This document shows, piece by piece, positions 46,096-60,000 of a stretch of DNA of 64,000 nt. Under the pieces are notes generated by a model. That model saw nothing but the letters and a program-made list of their open reading frames with translations. It was not told where the DNA came from and ran no database searches. How positions within the stretch are numbered: position 1 is the stretch's first letter; every line of letters starts with the position of its first letter. A program made the position numbers and the translations under genes. The stretch comes from Macrostomum lignano. Taxonomy: Eukaryota. Location of the stretch: the NCBI GenBank assembly GCA_002269645.1, contig NIVC01000428.1:186001-250000 (forward strand), read 5' to 3'.

Positions 46096-48393
46096 CAGCC
46101 CATAAGATAATTTCCCTACTCTTTGATTCTCTTCTTGTCGATTGTTACTGTTTCTAAAGGCTAAAAATGTCTTAAACGTCATAAGCCACACGTCTACTAA
46201 GTAGGCTTACAAGCAGATGTTTCTAATGAAGAGGAATTGTCAGCTAATGTCAACGATTCGACCTAGGATTCAAGGAATATATTTTTATGCGTTATTTGCG
46301 ACGACCACAATTTTCCAATCAAACGACAGAAAGCATGACATGATGAAGCAACGCAAGAGGGGGTACTATCATACTATGTCCTGCGTTTATTTCTCAATGT
46401 TTTGATATTTAGGCTGCCTGTTAACCCTACACTGCTCAACGTCCATGCTAGCAGTTTGAGTTCTCAAACCCCCCCCCCCCAAGTTTCACCCCTTGGCCAT
46501 TAACGATTCCCTGTAAGCTATAGTTTTTCCTTATTCCATATGAACAGAGCAGAATGGCAGATGTTCCAGTCTTCTTTCCACTCTGCCTGCCTGCGCCTGC
46601 CTGCCTGCCTGGCCTCTTCCCGAAAAAAACTCCACAGAACTCCCCTACGGCGTGTGAGCCAGCCAAACCAGGTCCCAGGCACAAAGGCACTCTGCGTGAG
46701 CAGTCGGGAATATTTCTATTACGAATTGTGGAAAAGGGAACGAGTTTGAAAGTGCCGAAGTATTGTGGAGCGGAATTCATTTTTCTTTACTGCCGCACTG
46801 TGCTCACTGGCTGCTCAGCGCAGCGCAGGGCTCAACAGTCAACTATATGAAATATTGTAGCTATGCGAGCAGCTCAATGTATATGGGAATTTATAATGCG
46901 AGTATATAGAATCGGTAATGATATCAATATACCAATGCGGAAGTAATCCATGCAGTAACGGATGCAACGCAAACAAAACATTTGGCTACTGACTTAAACT
47001 GCTTATCATTATCTAATTACTTGTCGAGAAAAAAATTTCCGTGAAGTTCCAAAACAGAAGACGCGGGTTTCCTTCTTACCTGCTATAATGTGCTGCACTT
47101 GAGACTTCTCAAATCAAAATGGTAATTATGGACTGCTTCCCTGCCTGCGGACCGGCTCAAGTTTCAAAAATATAGGGTAAATTTGACTTGCTGAGGTGGC
47201 AGAGGTGCGTATCGAAGCGTGGGCAAACTGCAGCAGTCTAGCTTGTATGGGAAATAAAGACGGAGAGGGGGATCTGCGCGACAGAGTTGAAATTCGGGTT
47301 TCGGGGAGCCGGCGGCGGCTCATAAATTGGGGAACTGCCTGCCTGTGACTCACTCAGGCTGGACCCCGAACCCCCCCCCCCTGTTTCCCCACTCTGCTGC
47401 CCCCTATCTCTTCCCCGACCCCCCTGCAGCCCCAATGGGAAGGGGACAGCAGGGGGCCCGGAGGCGGAGTGGATTCCCAGCCAAGTCTGTTCCACCTTCC
47501 CAAGCCGCCCCCGTTGCCTGCATGGTCGCCAGAACCAAAGGGTGGCTGGGGTGGTTTTGGGAAGTTGAAAATGGGAAGAGAAAGAAAGAGGAGCTGAGAA
47601 TGGGGTAGGAGGGGGCGGCGAATTGCTAACCGGACTAAACACGCCGAGGACTAATCTCAAATCCAACTCCAGGCCTTGCTCCCGCCGCTCCCCCACGACC
47701 TCAACAACTCTGCGGCATGTGCTCCGGCCCGTGGCAGTGAGCTTCCACCCTTTGGTCCGTTTAGGGCTGCTCTTGCCCCCCTAATTGCTCTGCGTGCTTT
47801 CCGCAGGGCACGTGACTCAGCTGCATGGCGTATCCTGGAGTGAGCTGCTGCTGCTGCTGCTCGGGCCGCAGCGGCAGTGCGTCTGCGGCTGCGACCGCCG
47901 GTGGCATGCATTTTTGTAAGAGTCGCTCGAAGTGGCCATTTGCTAATGACTGCACTGCCGTTGTGGATCGGAGGTTTGGGTTGTTGGTTTTTTAGAGGGA
48001 AGACTGCCGGAGAGTGCGCGTGTGCGTGGGGTCCTATAATTCTCCTACGCCCCGACCCGCCCGCAGGAGGCGCTGTGACCAATGCAGATCAAATGCAGGC
48101 GCCCGCAGCCTGCAATTACCGGTTTTTAGTCCGCTGTTCTGAATCAACTGCGTTCTCAGTTGCTGATCAATTTCGCTTTTCGATTCGCTCCTGCACTGAT
48201 ATTGCTGTGTTATCGTGTATTTGTTACTCACTGGTAGACCGGTTCTTGAATGTAAATTATACGATTTTCAGCAGAATATATTTGTTTATAATTTTTTATG
48301 ATTGTGATTGTGCTTTATTAGTAACTTGTAGTGGTATTATACATGTAGTTACAGAGTTTTTAGTAGTTACGAGTATTGCGCTATTGTTTTAGT

Positions 48394-49035
48394 GGGGTCG
48401 CCATCATAAACTCGAAAAATCACATCGTCGAAAACAAGGCTCCATCACAAGCTCGAAAAATCACATCGTCGATAACTGATTTAGCAGCCATCATCACAAG
48501 CTCGAAAAGTCACAAGCTCGAAAAATCACATCGTCGAAAAGCATCCACCATCACAAGCTCGAAAAGTCACAAGCTCGAAAAGTCACAAGCTCGAAAAGTC
48601 ACAAGCTCGAAAAGTCACAAGCTCGAAAAGTCACAAGCTCGAAAAGTCACAAGCTCGAAAAGTCACAAGCTCGAAAAGTCACAAGCTCGAAAAATCACAT
48701 CGTCGAAAACTGATTTAGCAACCATCATCACAAGCTCGAAAAGTCACAAGCTCGAAAAAATCACATCGTCGAAAACTGATTCAGCAACCATCATCACAAG
48801 CTCGAAAAATCACATCGTCGAAAACTGATTAAGCAACCATCATCACAAGCTCGAAAAGGCACAAGCTCTAATCCTAACCCTAACCCCAAGGCACTAACCC
48901 TACCCCGACCCTAACCTAACCCTAAACCCTAACCCTAAAGGCACAAGTTCTAACCCCGACCCTATTCGAGCTTGTGATGGTGGTTGCTGGGTCTGTTTTC
49001 GGCGATGTGATTTTTCGAGCTTCTGATGGGCCCCC
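48394..49035. mobile_element. Foldback/MITE-like element with internal tandem repeats and a telomere-like CCCTAA tract
   Basis: Inverted ends GGGG..CCATCA..CTCGAAAAATCACATCG.CGAAAAC; internal AAAGTCACAAGCTCG-type tandem (about 48500-48690); degenerate (CCCTAA)n at about 48870-48960. Confidence 0.65.
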
Positions 49036-50518
49036 TTTTTAGTGGTCAACTGGCCAAAGGGAATCCGCCGGATTCTGGAGTCGCCAAGCGACTTTATTTT
49101 TTGAGGTGTAGGCACATATAAAATTATTGCGTTTTTTATTTTCATGTCTGTCCGTTTTGACACGGCAAAAAATTAGGAGGTTCGCAATCCCATTCTGGAA
49201 TAAACTTAAGAATCTCCACTGTTACCACAGTAACTTAAAAATCAAAGGACTAATATTGACTAATATTTAAGCAGTTTTAGTTTTAGAAGACACAACACAA
49301 CAACATCAAAAACAACAACAGCAGCAGTAACAAGCTGGTACACCTCGCGCCGACCAAAAAACGCAAAAGTGGCCACATATGGTGGGAGGTAGAATTATAG
49401 ACACATGCAGTTACATAAATGAATATGCAACGGCATAGCAACTACAATTGAGTTACGTACGCCGTACGAGTTCACGGACGATCCAACTACGCGTATGTCA
49501 TAATCTTAGCTTGACTGCTTCAATGCGTAGTTCTGCTTTCTCAAAATTTTATTACTTTGTCGTTCATTCGACATTCAGTAACTGCAAAAGCAGTTGCATA
49601 TTCATAATTTTAAGTTCTACCTTGTGCCTGGTGGACCATATTTTTTTTACAAATTTACAGATACTTTAATTTATGCCTTCTAGCGGATCAAACTTTTTCG
49701 CATAACGAGGTACACAAATTTGTCATAACAATAATTTTCGCACTTTTTTAACTTAATGGCTTCTAAGAAGTCATAATATTTAGTTGTGCGATCAATTTAC
49801 ACATGCGGATAGACTAGAGATGTTTAAGTATATGATTTAGTTAGCCGATTTCGATTAAGAATGGATATATGATTTGAGCTTTTTCATGTATATATCTAAG
49901 AAAAAGGAGTCAGCAAACATGTGGTTCAATCAAGTAATTATTTTTAGACTCATCCCCATCCAGATTTTTGCTTTTGATAGAAACTTTAAGTTTTTTGTTA
50001 GCTAAACAGATTCATGCAACAAAAGTATGCAGTAACTTTATATTTAATAAATTTGAATGAATTGAGAGTAATTATAATGGGTTTAGACAAGTTTGACAAG
50101 CATTTAGTTATCTATTGTATATTGCTATATGCTATTTGTAATTGTAAGCACTTTAAGATGATTAGCTATTGCATAGTAATTTAGCAGTCATTCTGTGGGC
50201 TACTTTTTAAGTGCTGCTGTTAGAATAAAAATATTCTTTGCTGGATGAGTAAGCTTGAATCGCAAACTGGGTTATGTATAATAAACTAATTTAATTATAT
50301 TATACTAAAGTATAATTTTTGGTTTGTGCCTTTAAGCAATAAGGTAAATATGACTATCAGACCATTGCCAAGAAACTAGAATAAATCTTGCATTTAATGT
50401 CTAATCAATCTATCATTATAAGATATATTGTAAAATTTTTCTATTTTATCTTGGATTAATTGATTTTATAAAAACATTTCTATAGATTGAACTTTTTCTG
50501 CTTCATTTTTTCATCAAG

Positions 50519-53500
50519 GCCAGCAACAATCAGCGGTGTCATACTAGGACCGTGGCAGCTGGTCTGGTCCTCCTCATAGTTGGATCCATAGGGTTAGTGG
50601 CTTATAACCCAGTGCTCCGCTGGCAGGTACTGCAGCACATAGCACTGCGCAATGGCACCCTGGCCTACAGTCAGTTCATTTCACCCAAAGTGCCAGTGCG
50701 AATCCAGTTCTACGCATTCGATCTACAGAATCCTATTGAAGTTATTAACGGTAAATCATATATTAATTAAAAATAGCGACTGATAGTTGATGGCGAGATT
50801 CTCATTTGGAGAATTAGTAGAGAACAACCCAGCGGGTTAGCAGAGGATAATTCAGCGGATTAGCAGAGGATAATCCAGCGGATTTGCGGAGGATAATCCA
50901 CCGGATTAGCAGAGGATAATCCAGCGGATTTGCGAAGAATAGTCTTTACGATTAGCGAAGGATAGTCTTTCAGATTAGCGGAGGATAATTCTCCGGATAA
51001 GCGGACAATTCAGTGGATTAGCAAAGGATAATCCAGCGGATTAGCGGAGAGGAGGATAATCCAGTGGATTAACGGAGAATAATCCAGCGCATTAGCGAAG
51101 AATAATCCAGCGCATTAGCGGAGGATAATCCAGCGGATTAGCGGAGGATAATCCAGCGGATTAGCGCAGGATAATCCAGCGGATAAGCAGAGAATAATTA
51201 GTCAGAATTTCCGGCCGAACGCTGCAGGCGATCGCCCGTTCGTGGTGCAGCGCGGCCCCTTCACCTACGCGGAAGTTCGCCGCAAGGAGGACGTCTCGTG
51301 TGACGAGCTGCGAGACTGGCTGACCTACAAGCAGAACCGCACCTATCTGTTCCTGCGCAACGAGTCCATCGCTGACGATTCCTGGCGGTTCACCACCGCC
51401 AATTTGCCGTTGGTGACCATCCTAAACAGTCTGCGGTTCATGCCGCAGGCGCTTCAACGCTTTGCGTCGGCCGCCCTGGCCGCCTTCCCCAACGAGACCC
51501 TGTTCCCGAGGCTGAGCGTCCGGGATGTTGCTTTCGGCTATCACGACAAACTCCTGCGGCTGGCGCACGAGGTTTGCTTACTGCTGGCTCAATGAGGGTA
51601 TGGGGCGGTTTACTGGGGGATATAATTACCCACATAATGAAGGGACGGATTACTAAATGAAGTAGTGGATTACTAAATATAGGAGCGGATTAATAAATAA
51701 AGGTGAAGGGGTGGATTACTAAATGAAGTAGTGGATTACTAAATAAAGTGGTGGATTACTAAATGAAGTGGTGGATTACTAAATGAAAGGGTGGATTACT
51801 AAATGAAGTGGTGGATTACTAAATGAAAGGGTGGATTACTAAATGAAGTGGTGGATTACTAAATGAAAGGGTGGATTACTAAATGAAAGGGTGGATTACT
51901 GAATGAAGGGGCGGATTACTAAATGAAGGGGGGATTACTGAATGAAGAGGCGGATTACTGAATGAAGGGGCGGATTACTAAATTAAGGAGCGGATTACTG
52001 AATGAAGAGGCGGATTACTGAATGAATAGGCGGATTACTAAATTAAGGTGTGGATTACTGAATGAAGGGGCGGATTACTAAATTAAGGGGCGGATTACTG
52101 AATGAAGGGGTGGATTACTGAATTAAAATACGGATTACTGAATGAAGGGGCGGATTACTAAATTAAGGGGCGGATTACTGAATGAAGGGGCGGATTACTA
52201 AATTAAGGGGCGGATTACTGAATGAAGGGGCGGATTACTAAATTAAGGAGCGGATTACTGAATGAAGGGGCGGCTCGCCAATGAACGAAGTGGCGCACCC
52301 GCAGGTCATCCCGGGCATGGTGTACACTGATTTCATCGGCGTTCTGGCTGGGTTGAACAACACATACGATGGCGTGTACACCATATCCGCCGGTCTCAGA
52401 GATCCCCAGCACCTGGGCGAAATCCAGGCATTCAACGGGTCGCGCAGCCTCCACTTCTGGTCGTCGGAGCTCGCCAACCTGGTGATCGGCTCCGACGGCA
52501 GTCTGGCTCCGCCGTTCCTCAACAAATCCGCTCTGCTGCCCGCCTTCATCTCCGACATCTGCCGCTCACTCTATGGAGTCTTCGACAGCGAGGTTGATGC
52601 GGCTGGCGGCCTCCTCCGGTTGTGGCGATTCACCGGTCCGGACAGGCTGCTGGCCAACGCCAGCGAGAACCCGGACAATGCGGGCTATTGCACCCCGGCC
52701 GGCAACTGTCTTCCCGCCGGCCTGTTCAACCTCACCGAGTGCAAACGGCTCAACGGCCTTCACATACCTGTGGTGGCCTCTTTGCCGCACTTCCTGCTGG
52801 CTGCTCCCGAGATTCAGGTAATTGGATTCCCTGTCTGCGTCCAGATCCCAACCCAGATCTCCATCCCAATCCAGATCCCCATCCCAATCCAGATCCATAC
52901 ATGCGCAACCTTGGGAATCACTCGACCGTTTCTATTGGCAACACAGACATGTAAGTCGCTATTGGCTGAGAGCAGTCACGTGACTACTATTCCGTCCAAT
53001 AGCGACTTAAATGTGTGTGTTGCCAATAGAAACGGCCGGGTGAATCCCTAGGTTGCGCCCAAGCATGTCCAGATCCCCACCCCAATCCAGATCCTCATTC
53101 CAATCCAGATCCTCATTCCAATCCAGATCCCCATCCCAATCCAGATCCCCATCCCAATCCAGATCCCCATCCCAATCCAGATCCCCATCCCAATCCAGAT
53201 CCCTATCCCAATCCAGATCCCAATCCCAATCCAGATCCCTATCCCAATCCATATCCCTATCCCAATCCAGATCCCAATCCCAATCCAGATCCCTATCCCA
53301 ATCCAGATCCCCATCCCAATCCAGATCCCCATCCCAATCCAGATCCCCATCCCAATCCAGATCCCTATCCCAATCCAGATCCCAATCCCAATCCAGATCC
53401 CTATCCCAATCCATATCCCAATCCCAATCCAGATCCCCATCCCAATCCAGATCCCAATCCCAATCTTGATAACCATCTTAATCGAGATACAAATCCCTTT

Positions 53501-54073
53501 TCCTCCCAGGCCTCGGTACGCGGCCTGTACCCTGACGACCGCGCCCACCGCACCTACGTGGACATCGAGCCGCTGAGTGGGGCGGTGCTGCAGCTGTACA
53601 AGCGGCTGCAGATCAACCTTCAGCTGGACGCGGGTCCCGCCTACGCCGCGTTCGCGCCGAATCTCCGGTCCCAGTTCTACCCGATGCTGTGGATAAACGA
53701 GAGCGCCGTCGTTGACGTCGACACGGCTAGTCAGTTGCGTGACCTTCTGCTGACCCCGCAGTTGGTTGCCAAAATCGCTATCGGGGTTGCCATGGGCCTG
53801 GGAAGCTTAGTAACAACTGTGGCAACGTTTCTGCTGCTATTGCAGCGAAGGAGAAACGCAAAAACCACCCAGGCTGATTCGTCACCGACGTCGGGAGCCG
53901 TTGAAAACGTCGTCAATGGCGTCGGTGTAAGCGTCGTCGGGGACGGTTCAGTTAATTGCGCTGTCACGGAGGCAGGCAGCGAAGTCCAGGACAGTGATGC
54001 AGTAGTCAGGGACGTCGGCGAAGGCGATCGGACTGGGCTGCTGGCACAGGAGGAGCCCGTTGCTACGGCCTGA
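50519..54073 (+). CDS. CD36/SR-B/LIMP-2 family scavenger receptor (first exon not located)
   Basis: Exons 50519-50750, 51228-51571, 52305-52817 and 53510-54073, phase-compatible. N-terminal TM; motifs FYAFDLQNP, QRGPFTY, GSDGSLAPP, DICRSL, SLPHFL, H.TYVDIEPLSG, YPMLWINE; C-terminal TM. Confidence 0.92.
50828..51190. repeat. Intronic minisatellite (about 23 bp, GGATTAGCGGAGGATAATCCAGC)
   Basis: Degenerate tandem copies fill CD36 intron 1. Confidence 0.85.
51640..52275. repeat. Intronic minisatellite (about 20 bp, GGATTACTAAATGAAGGGGC-like)
   Basis: About 30 copies fill CD36 intron 2. Confidence 0.9.
52845..53465. repeat. Intronic minisatellite (18 bp, ATCCAGATCCCCATCCCA) interrupted by a MITE
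   Basis: Tandem copies in CD36 intron 3; source of the spurious DWDGDL/GIWI ORFs. Confidence 0.9.
52899..53068. mobile_element. About 170-bp hairpin MITE
   Basis: Long inverted arms: ACATGC..GCAACC..CCGTTTCTATTGGCAACACA..TAAGTCGCTATTGG versus CCAATAGCGACTTA..TGTGTTGCCAATAGAAACGG..GGTTGCGC..GCATGT. Confidence 0.7.
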
Positions 54074-54079
54074 TAGGCT

Positions 54080-54510
54080 CAGCCATAGACTATTGAGTGG
54101 CTGATGATGAATCGGATGGGAGCCATTGCTAGAGGGACAGGTTGGGCCATAGACTATTGAGTGGCTGATGATGGATAGGATGGGAGCCATCGCTAGAGAT
54201 AGGCCATAGACTATTTAGTGGCTGATGATGGTCTGAGAGCCATCGCTAGAGGGACAGGTTGGGCCATAGACTATTGAGTGGCTGATGATGGATGGGATAG
54301 GAGCCATTGCTAGAGTGACAGGTTGGGCCATAGACTATTGAGTGGCTGATGATGGATGGGATAGGAGCCATTGCTAGAGTGACAGGTTGGGCCATAGACT
54401 ATTGAGTGGCTGATGATGGATGGGATGAGAGCCATTGCTAGAGTGACAGGTTGGGCCATAGACTATTGAGTGGCTGATGATGAGGGAGCCATTGCTAGAG
54501 TGACAAGTTG
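54080..54510. repeat. Tandem repeat, about 64-bp unit, about 7 copies, just 3' of the CD36 stop
   Basis: GCCATAGACTATTGAGTGGCTGATGATGG...; period 64 between 54261, 54325 and 54389. Confidence 0.88.
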
Positions 54511-57071
54511 GCCCAAAAGAAGTTTATTTAAAAAGAGTTTATTTATGATACGAAATTCTGGGTACTTTTTTATTTCCTTCAACCCAGAAGTGATATTATG
54601 TCATTTTAAAGTTGAAGTTCGGCTGTGCCATAAAACATATCCGAAAAATGCCTAACAAAAACTGTGTGCAATAATTGCATATACAGGACTACTTGTATAT
54701 TATAGGACTGCTTTATAACATTATGGACGAGAAACAATGCTCTCTCCGTAATGTATTTTTCAGTAAAATCTGCCTCCTAAACTTTTCTAAGAAATCAAAT
54801 TCTCCACCCTTCTACTTGAGTGGTCCTTGATAAACTGCTGCTATATAGCATATGTAAATTGAGTAACCATTATTTTGATTTTGTAATTTTCTACTTCAAT
54901 AAATTCTCATGCTTCTTTGCGTTTTCCCTTCTGAATCTGGTTTTGTATTGCTGAAGCTATTTTTGGGTAATTTTAACACTTAATAAGTGTGTGCAATTTT
55001 ATGCCGAAAAGATTGTCATTCACGAATTATTTGTAAATAAGAGCCAGAGTTCTTTTAATGAAAAAGGCTAAATTCGATAATTGTCTTTCTTATCGATTTC
55101 TCATCCAATATATCTTAATGAAAAAATTCTTAATAAAGCAACAAAAACAAGGGTACGATTTACATTTTTTCAGAAAAAAATAAATAGATTTTTCATACAA
55201 TACAAATATTAAGTGTCTATTTCTTAGATAGATTCTTTGTGCTCAGAAGCTCTGACTAGAAATTGCAAGCATTGGTGATAAATAGAAGTTAAGAAAAGAG
55301 AATATTCCTTCATCAGGTGATATTAATAATAAACAAGATTAGAGTGAAAGGATAAGCAAGAAGGCAGGGAAAGCATGCATTTATAATGTACGGCCATCCA
55401 ACATTGCACTACAGTTTGGTTCGCAGAGTGACAAAGGCCGCCAGTGCGCGGTGGTACTTGGGATGGTCGGCGCCCTGTTGGTGCCGCACGTACTCAGCTG
55501 TGACCGCCAAATTGTCATCAAACAGCTGATAGATTGCCGGCACGTGCGACTGGCCTCCATCGGGGCTGCTTGGCCAAGCCGCGGGGCTGAAATTTTCAAA
55601 TGCGTGGATGCCTGCTTTAGAGTGTACAGTTTGAGATTTGCTGCGCCAACCCCCAACTCGCGCTTATTGGTTGGCGATACGGCAGCCAATCAGATGGATC
55701 GATCGTGGAGTGAGGTGGCTGCGATAGCTCGTTAGATATTTAAAGGTCCCCAAAGGAAATACTTCAGTATACCACTCGTACTTTAAAGCAAAGCCTGATT
55801 CGAAAGAGCAATGTTTTTTTCAAAGGAAGAATACAACAACAAAAAACACTGACGAATAATTAATAAACAGACATAACGGGTAGACTCAATGGATTGATTG
55901 GGCAGCTTATTTTTACCGCTTGCTTACCCAGCATCAATTAAACTGTCTCTACACTGTGAAAATCGAGACAACAGATATTTAAAAATGTTTAATTTAGAAG
56001 TAAATAATTGCAATATTTACCCTTTAAAGCTACTATTAAACTTCAGTTAGTAGTATTGGCGCGCAGCATCAACTTGCTGGAATTTATCTACCTATAATCG
56101 TTCCCGCCCTTTCACGGAACCGCTGCGTGCGGCCCTTGTTACTGCTTATCTTGTTTTATTGCCATTCTCGGGTTACCTGTCCCTCCCTGTACGGGGGGCA
56201 ATGTACATTCCTCACACCAATAAAGGCGTGTCACGTGACTTCTATTAGACAGTTAGCCTTACCCAGGCTCGTGGAAAATCAATATGCTAAAAATAGACAT
56301 TATCGATTAGTTAAACGAACAGCCTTCAACTCACTCGGGCATGCAGGCCGGCTCCGCAGCGGTGCCCCCCGCCGTCGCCTCCGCCTCGAACTGGCCGCAT
56401 TCGACAAGGTCCGCCTGACTGCGCCGGACGCCCATCTCGGTGGCGTCGCCGGTGTCGGCACCGTCAGCGCTGCGGCAGTATTGTTGTTGCAGCAAATAGT
56501 TTTTAAAAATTAGTTGTGTTAGAATAGAAAGCGTTCAAAGCAAATTAGTGACTACTGTATTAAGCAAGGCCAGTTAGAATCTTATAACACAAATATAAAG
56601 GCTGCTGAAAAAATGGTCTCAATAATTACCCGATCCTCTAGCGCCCCGTGTCATTCTGGCGTCCCTTGTGCCCTTCTGACGCACCTTGTGCCCTTTTTGG
56701 CGCCTATTGCCCCCTTCTGAAGTCATTTGTCCCCTTTTGAAATCCCTTTTCTACCTCTGGTGTCTCGTGCCCGCTCTAGAGCCGTCTCCTTCTCTGACAT
56801 CACACCAGGCATCAGCCGAAAACAACAGAAGCCAACAAAAGTACATCGAGAACTACTACTATGACTAACTGTTTTAGGGAATTTTGAGTTGCACTCAACA
56901 ACTGCATGCAGTAACTAAGCTTTGAAAAAAAAAATAATAATTTATTGCACTTCAAAAAAACAAAAAACATTCGAATGGATTTAGAATTTCGATTTAGGAA
57001 ACAGGCTATGTTTGTTAGTAATGCGTTATTAAAAATACAATTATGTAGGATGACTATATCTAAAAGAAGTT

Positions 57072-60000
57072 CTAAAAGTCCGAGACGGGCATGGACACGG
57101 AGAGAGTCTGGTAGGCCGGGTCTGGCGCCAGCTGCTGGGACACGTAGATCGCCGCTGACCCGTCTGGCTGCGAGTGGCTGCCGCTGAGGGCACTGCGAGC
57201 GATTCGAGCTGGACTGAGTTAGACTCGGGGGGATGAAGGATGATTCTCCACTAGAGCCTGAAAACCCCCTAGCGACCTGTCTCCTTCCCTTTTCTGGCGC
57301 TCCTTTACCCATTCTGGCGCTCCTTTACCCATTCTGGCTCCCCTTGTCCCCATTCTGGCTCCCCTTGTCCCCATTCTGGCTCTCCTTGTCCCCATTCTGG
57401 CTCTCCTTGTCCCTATTCTGGCTCTCCTTGTCCCCATTCTGGCTCTCCTTGTCCCCATTCTGGCTCACCTTGTCCCCATTCTGGCGCTCCTTGTCCCCAT
57501 TCTGGCGCTCCTTGTCCCCATTCTGGCGCTCCTTGTCCCCATTCTGGCGCTCCTTGTCCCCATTCTGGCGCTCCTTGTCCCCATTCTGGCTCTCCTTGTC
57601 CCCATTCTGGCTCACCTTGTCCCCATTCTGGCTCCCCTTGTCCCCATTCTGGCGCTCCTTGTCCCCATTCTGGCTCTCCTTGTCCCCATTCTGGCGCTCC
57701 TTGTCCCCATTCTGGCTCAGATCGCCGTTGACTCTTCATGTCGCCGTTCATGGCGCCCCGTCCCCTCTCGTCTTCATACTACTTGAAGTCGCAAATAAGT
57801 AGTCTGTTTTGTGAATAAATTCGATCACTGATAAATACACTAAATCAAAATTTCCCGAGGAAGCAACTCACGACTCCGGCCCGACTTCCGGCGGCGGCGG
57901 GTGCTGCCCGTTGGAGAAGATGGGGTTGGTCTTCTGCTGCAGGCTCTCGATGGTTGCCAGACGCTCCGCGGCCAGCGCCTTCAGGCGGGACCGCTCGAAC
58001 AGGAACCAGCCGAGCAGCAGGCCCAGCACAGAGGCGATCACCGCCAGCAGTGCGCAGGCCACGATCAGCCCCAGCGGCGCCGGCTGGACCAGCGGCTCCG
58101 TCGTTGCCGCTGTTGTCTCGCTTGTTGTTGCAGCTTCGTACGTCGTGGCGTTCAGCGAGTCCAACGACGTGACCGAATCGGGCGTTGTCAGCGAGGTTGA
58201 GCCACTCGTCGAGGTCGACGGCGCTTCGGTAGTTGGCGCCTGGGCGATAAGACTGGAGTTGACTGGCAGGACAACGGTTTCCATGGTAACAGTCTGATTG
58301 CCACTGCTGCTGATCTGTGTGGTTCGAAGCTGGAAGTTAGTAGTCAGAGTGGGGCATTGCATTATTTTTTTGTACCAGAGTCAAGCTGCCCAGAGCCTCT
58401 CCCTACCCTGCATACAGGAGGCTGTATTATATATATATATTATTAAAGACATGGACATCACCTCAACCGTTGCGTGGCTGTCGTTAATCATCCAGACTGC
58501 CGATGCGGCTACTGAGGCGTTCCACGACTCCGCTGGCGCAGCAGAAGTTGCCATTGTTGAAGTCGTGGAGGTCGTCGTCGTTGTCGTCGTGGTGCTTGTC
58601 GTCGAACTGCTGGTTGTTGAAGTAGGCGCCTGGCTGCTGCTGCTGGTGACAGCGTCTGACGAAGTGGTCGCCACGGTGCTGGCGCTGCTGCTGGTGGAGC
58701 TCGTCAGGCGCACCGACACCGAGACGGTGGAACGGCGCCGCGCAGACGACGGCTCCGCACGGTCCTCCGCCACGACGTTTAAGACGAAGCTGGTGAAGGT
58801 TTTTGTGCATTGATCAGGTAAGGTGTCACTCTTCTCAAACTGGCACTCTTCTCAAACTGGCACTCTTCTCTTCTCAAACTGGCACTCTTCTCAAACTGGC
58901 ACTCTTCTCAAACTGGCACTCTTCTCAAACTGGCACTCTTCTCAAACTGGCACTCTTCTCAAACTGGCACTCTTCTCAAACTGGCACTCTTCTCAAACTG
59001 GCACTCTTCTCAAACTGGCACTCTTCTCAAACTGGCACTCTTCTCAAACTGGCACTCTTCTCAAACTGGCACTCTTCTCAAACTGGCACTCTTCTCAAAC
59101 TGGCACTCTTCTCAAACTGGCACTCTTCTCAAACTGGCACTCTTCTCAAACTGGCACTCTTCTCAAACTGGCACTCTTCTCAAACTGGCACTCTTCTCAA
59201 ACTGGCACTCTTCTCAAACTGGCACTCTTCTCAAACTGGCACTCTTCTCAAACTGGCACTCTTCTCAAACTGGCACTCTTCTCAAACTGGCACTCTTCTC
59301 AAACTGGCACTCTTCTCAAACTGGCACTCTTCTCAAACTGGCACAGGTCAAACACAGACAAAAATGGCACCAGCTCCATCAAAATGCATCCTCCTGTTGG
59401 CTCACAGATCCCCGGGCGCAGATGACAGTCCAGCCGCTGCCGTCAGCAGTCCGCTGCCCGAGTCCAAGTTGAACAAAGACTCAGCCCCGGGCACGCTGAC
59501 AAAGACTATACTGAATGTCAGCTGACCGTTAATTCCAGAATCCGCGTCCGTAGCAACCAGCGTGTGCAGGGCGGCTCCAGGCGTAGCGACCGAGCGGTCC
59601 AGGCTGATGCTGATGCCCGAGGCGTTGGCGAAGACCGGCGAGTTGTCGTTGACGTCGGTCAGGCGGATGGTCAGGCGGGACGGCGTCGAGGCAAAACGCT
59701 CGGGCGTGGCCGTCTCCTCCGACCAGACCTTCGGGGAGGCCATTGGTTGCTGCGTATAGCTACTGACCTGTTCGGTTAATTAACTAGTCGAAGGGGCAAC
59801 TTATCCACTCCGAATCCCGAATTATCCATCCCGAATCCCGACGTAATTATTCCGAATCCCGAATTATCCATCCCGAATCCCGAATTATCCATCCTGAATC
59901 CCGGCTTATCCATCCCGAATCCCGACTTATCCATCCTGAATCCCGAATTATCCATCCTGAATCCCGAATTATCCATCCCGAATCCCGAATTATCCATCCT

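Noticed and set aside
47657-48392. Ala/Gln-rich ORFs near 47.7-48.4 kb as a gene
   Set aside because: Low complexity, no recognisable domain and no consistent splice partner; possibly a 5' exon or promoter, but unsupported.
48870-48960. True telomere or chromosome end
   Set aside because: The tract is short, degenerate and internal, and is enclosed by inverted arms of a repeat.
53007-53548. DWDGDL, GIWIG and SQSRS repeat ORFs; likewise ORFs at 57233-57802, 58803-59525, 59776-60191, 60399-61053 and 37587-38161
   Set aside because: All are reading frames through minisatellites within introns.
57720-57780. Additional cadherin exon (YEDERGRGAMNGD...)
   Set aside because: It is not phase-compatible with the upstream donor at 57872 and has no clear donor before it runs into the minisatellite.
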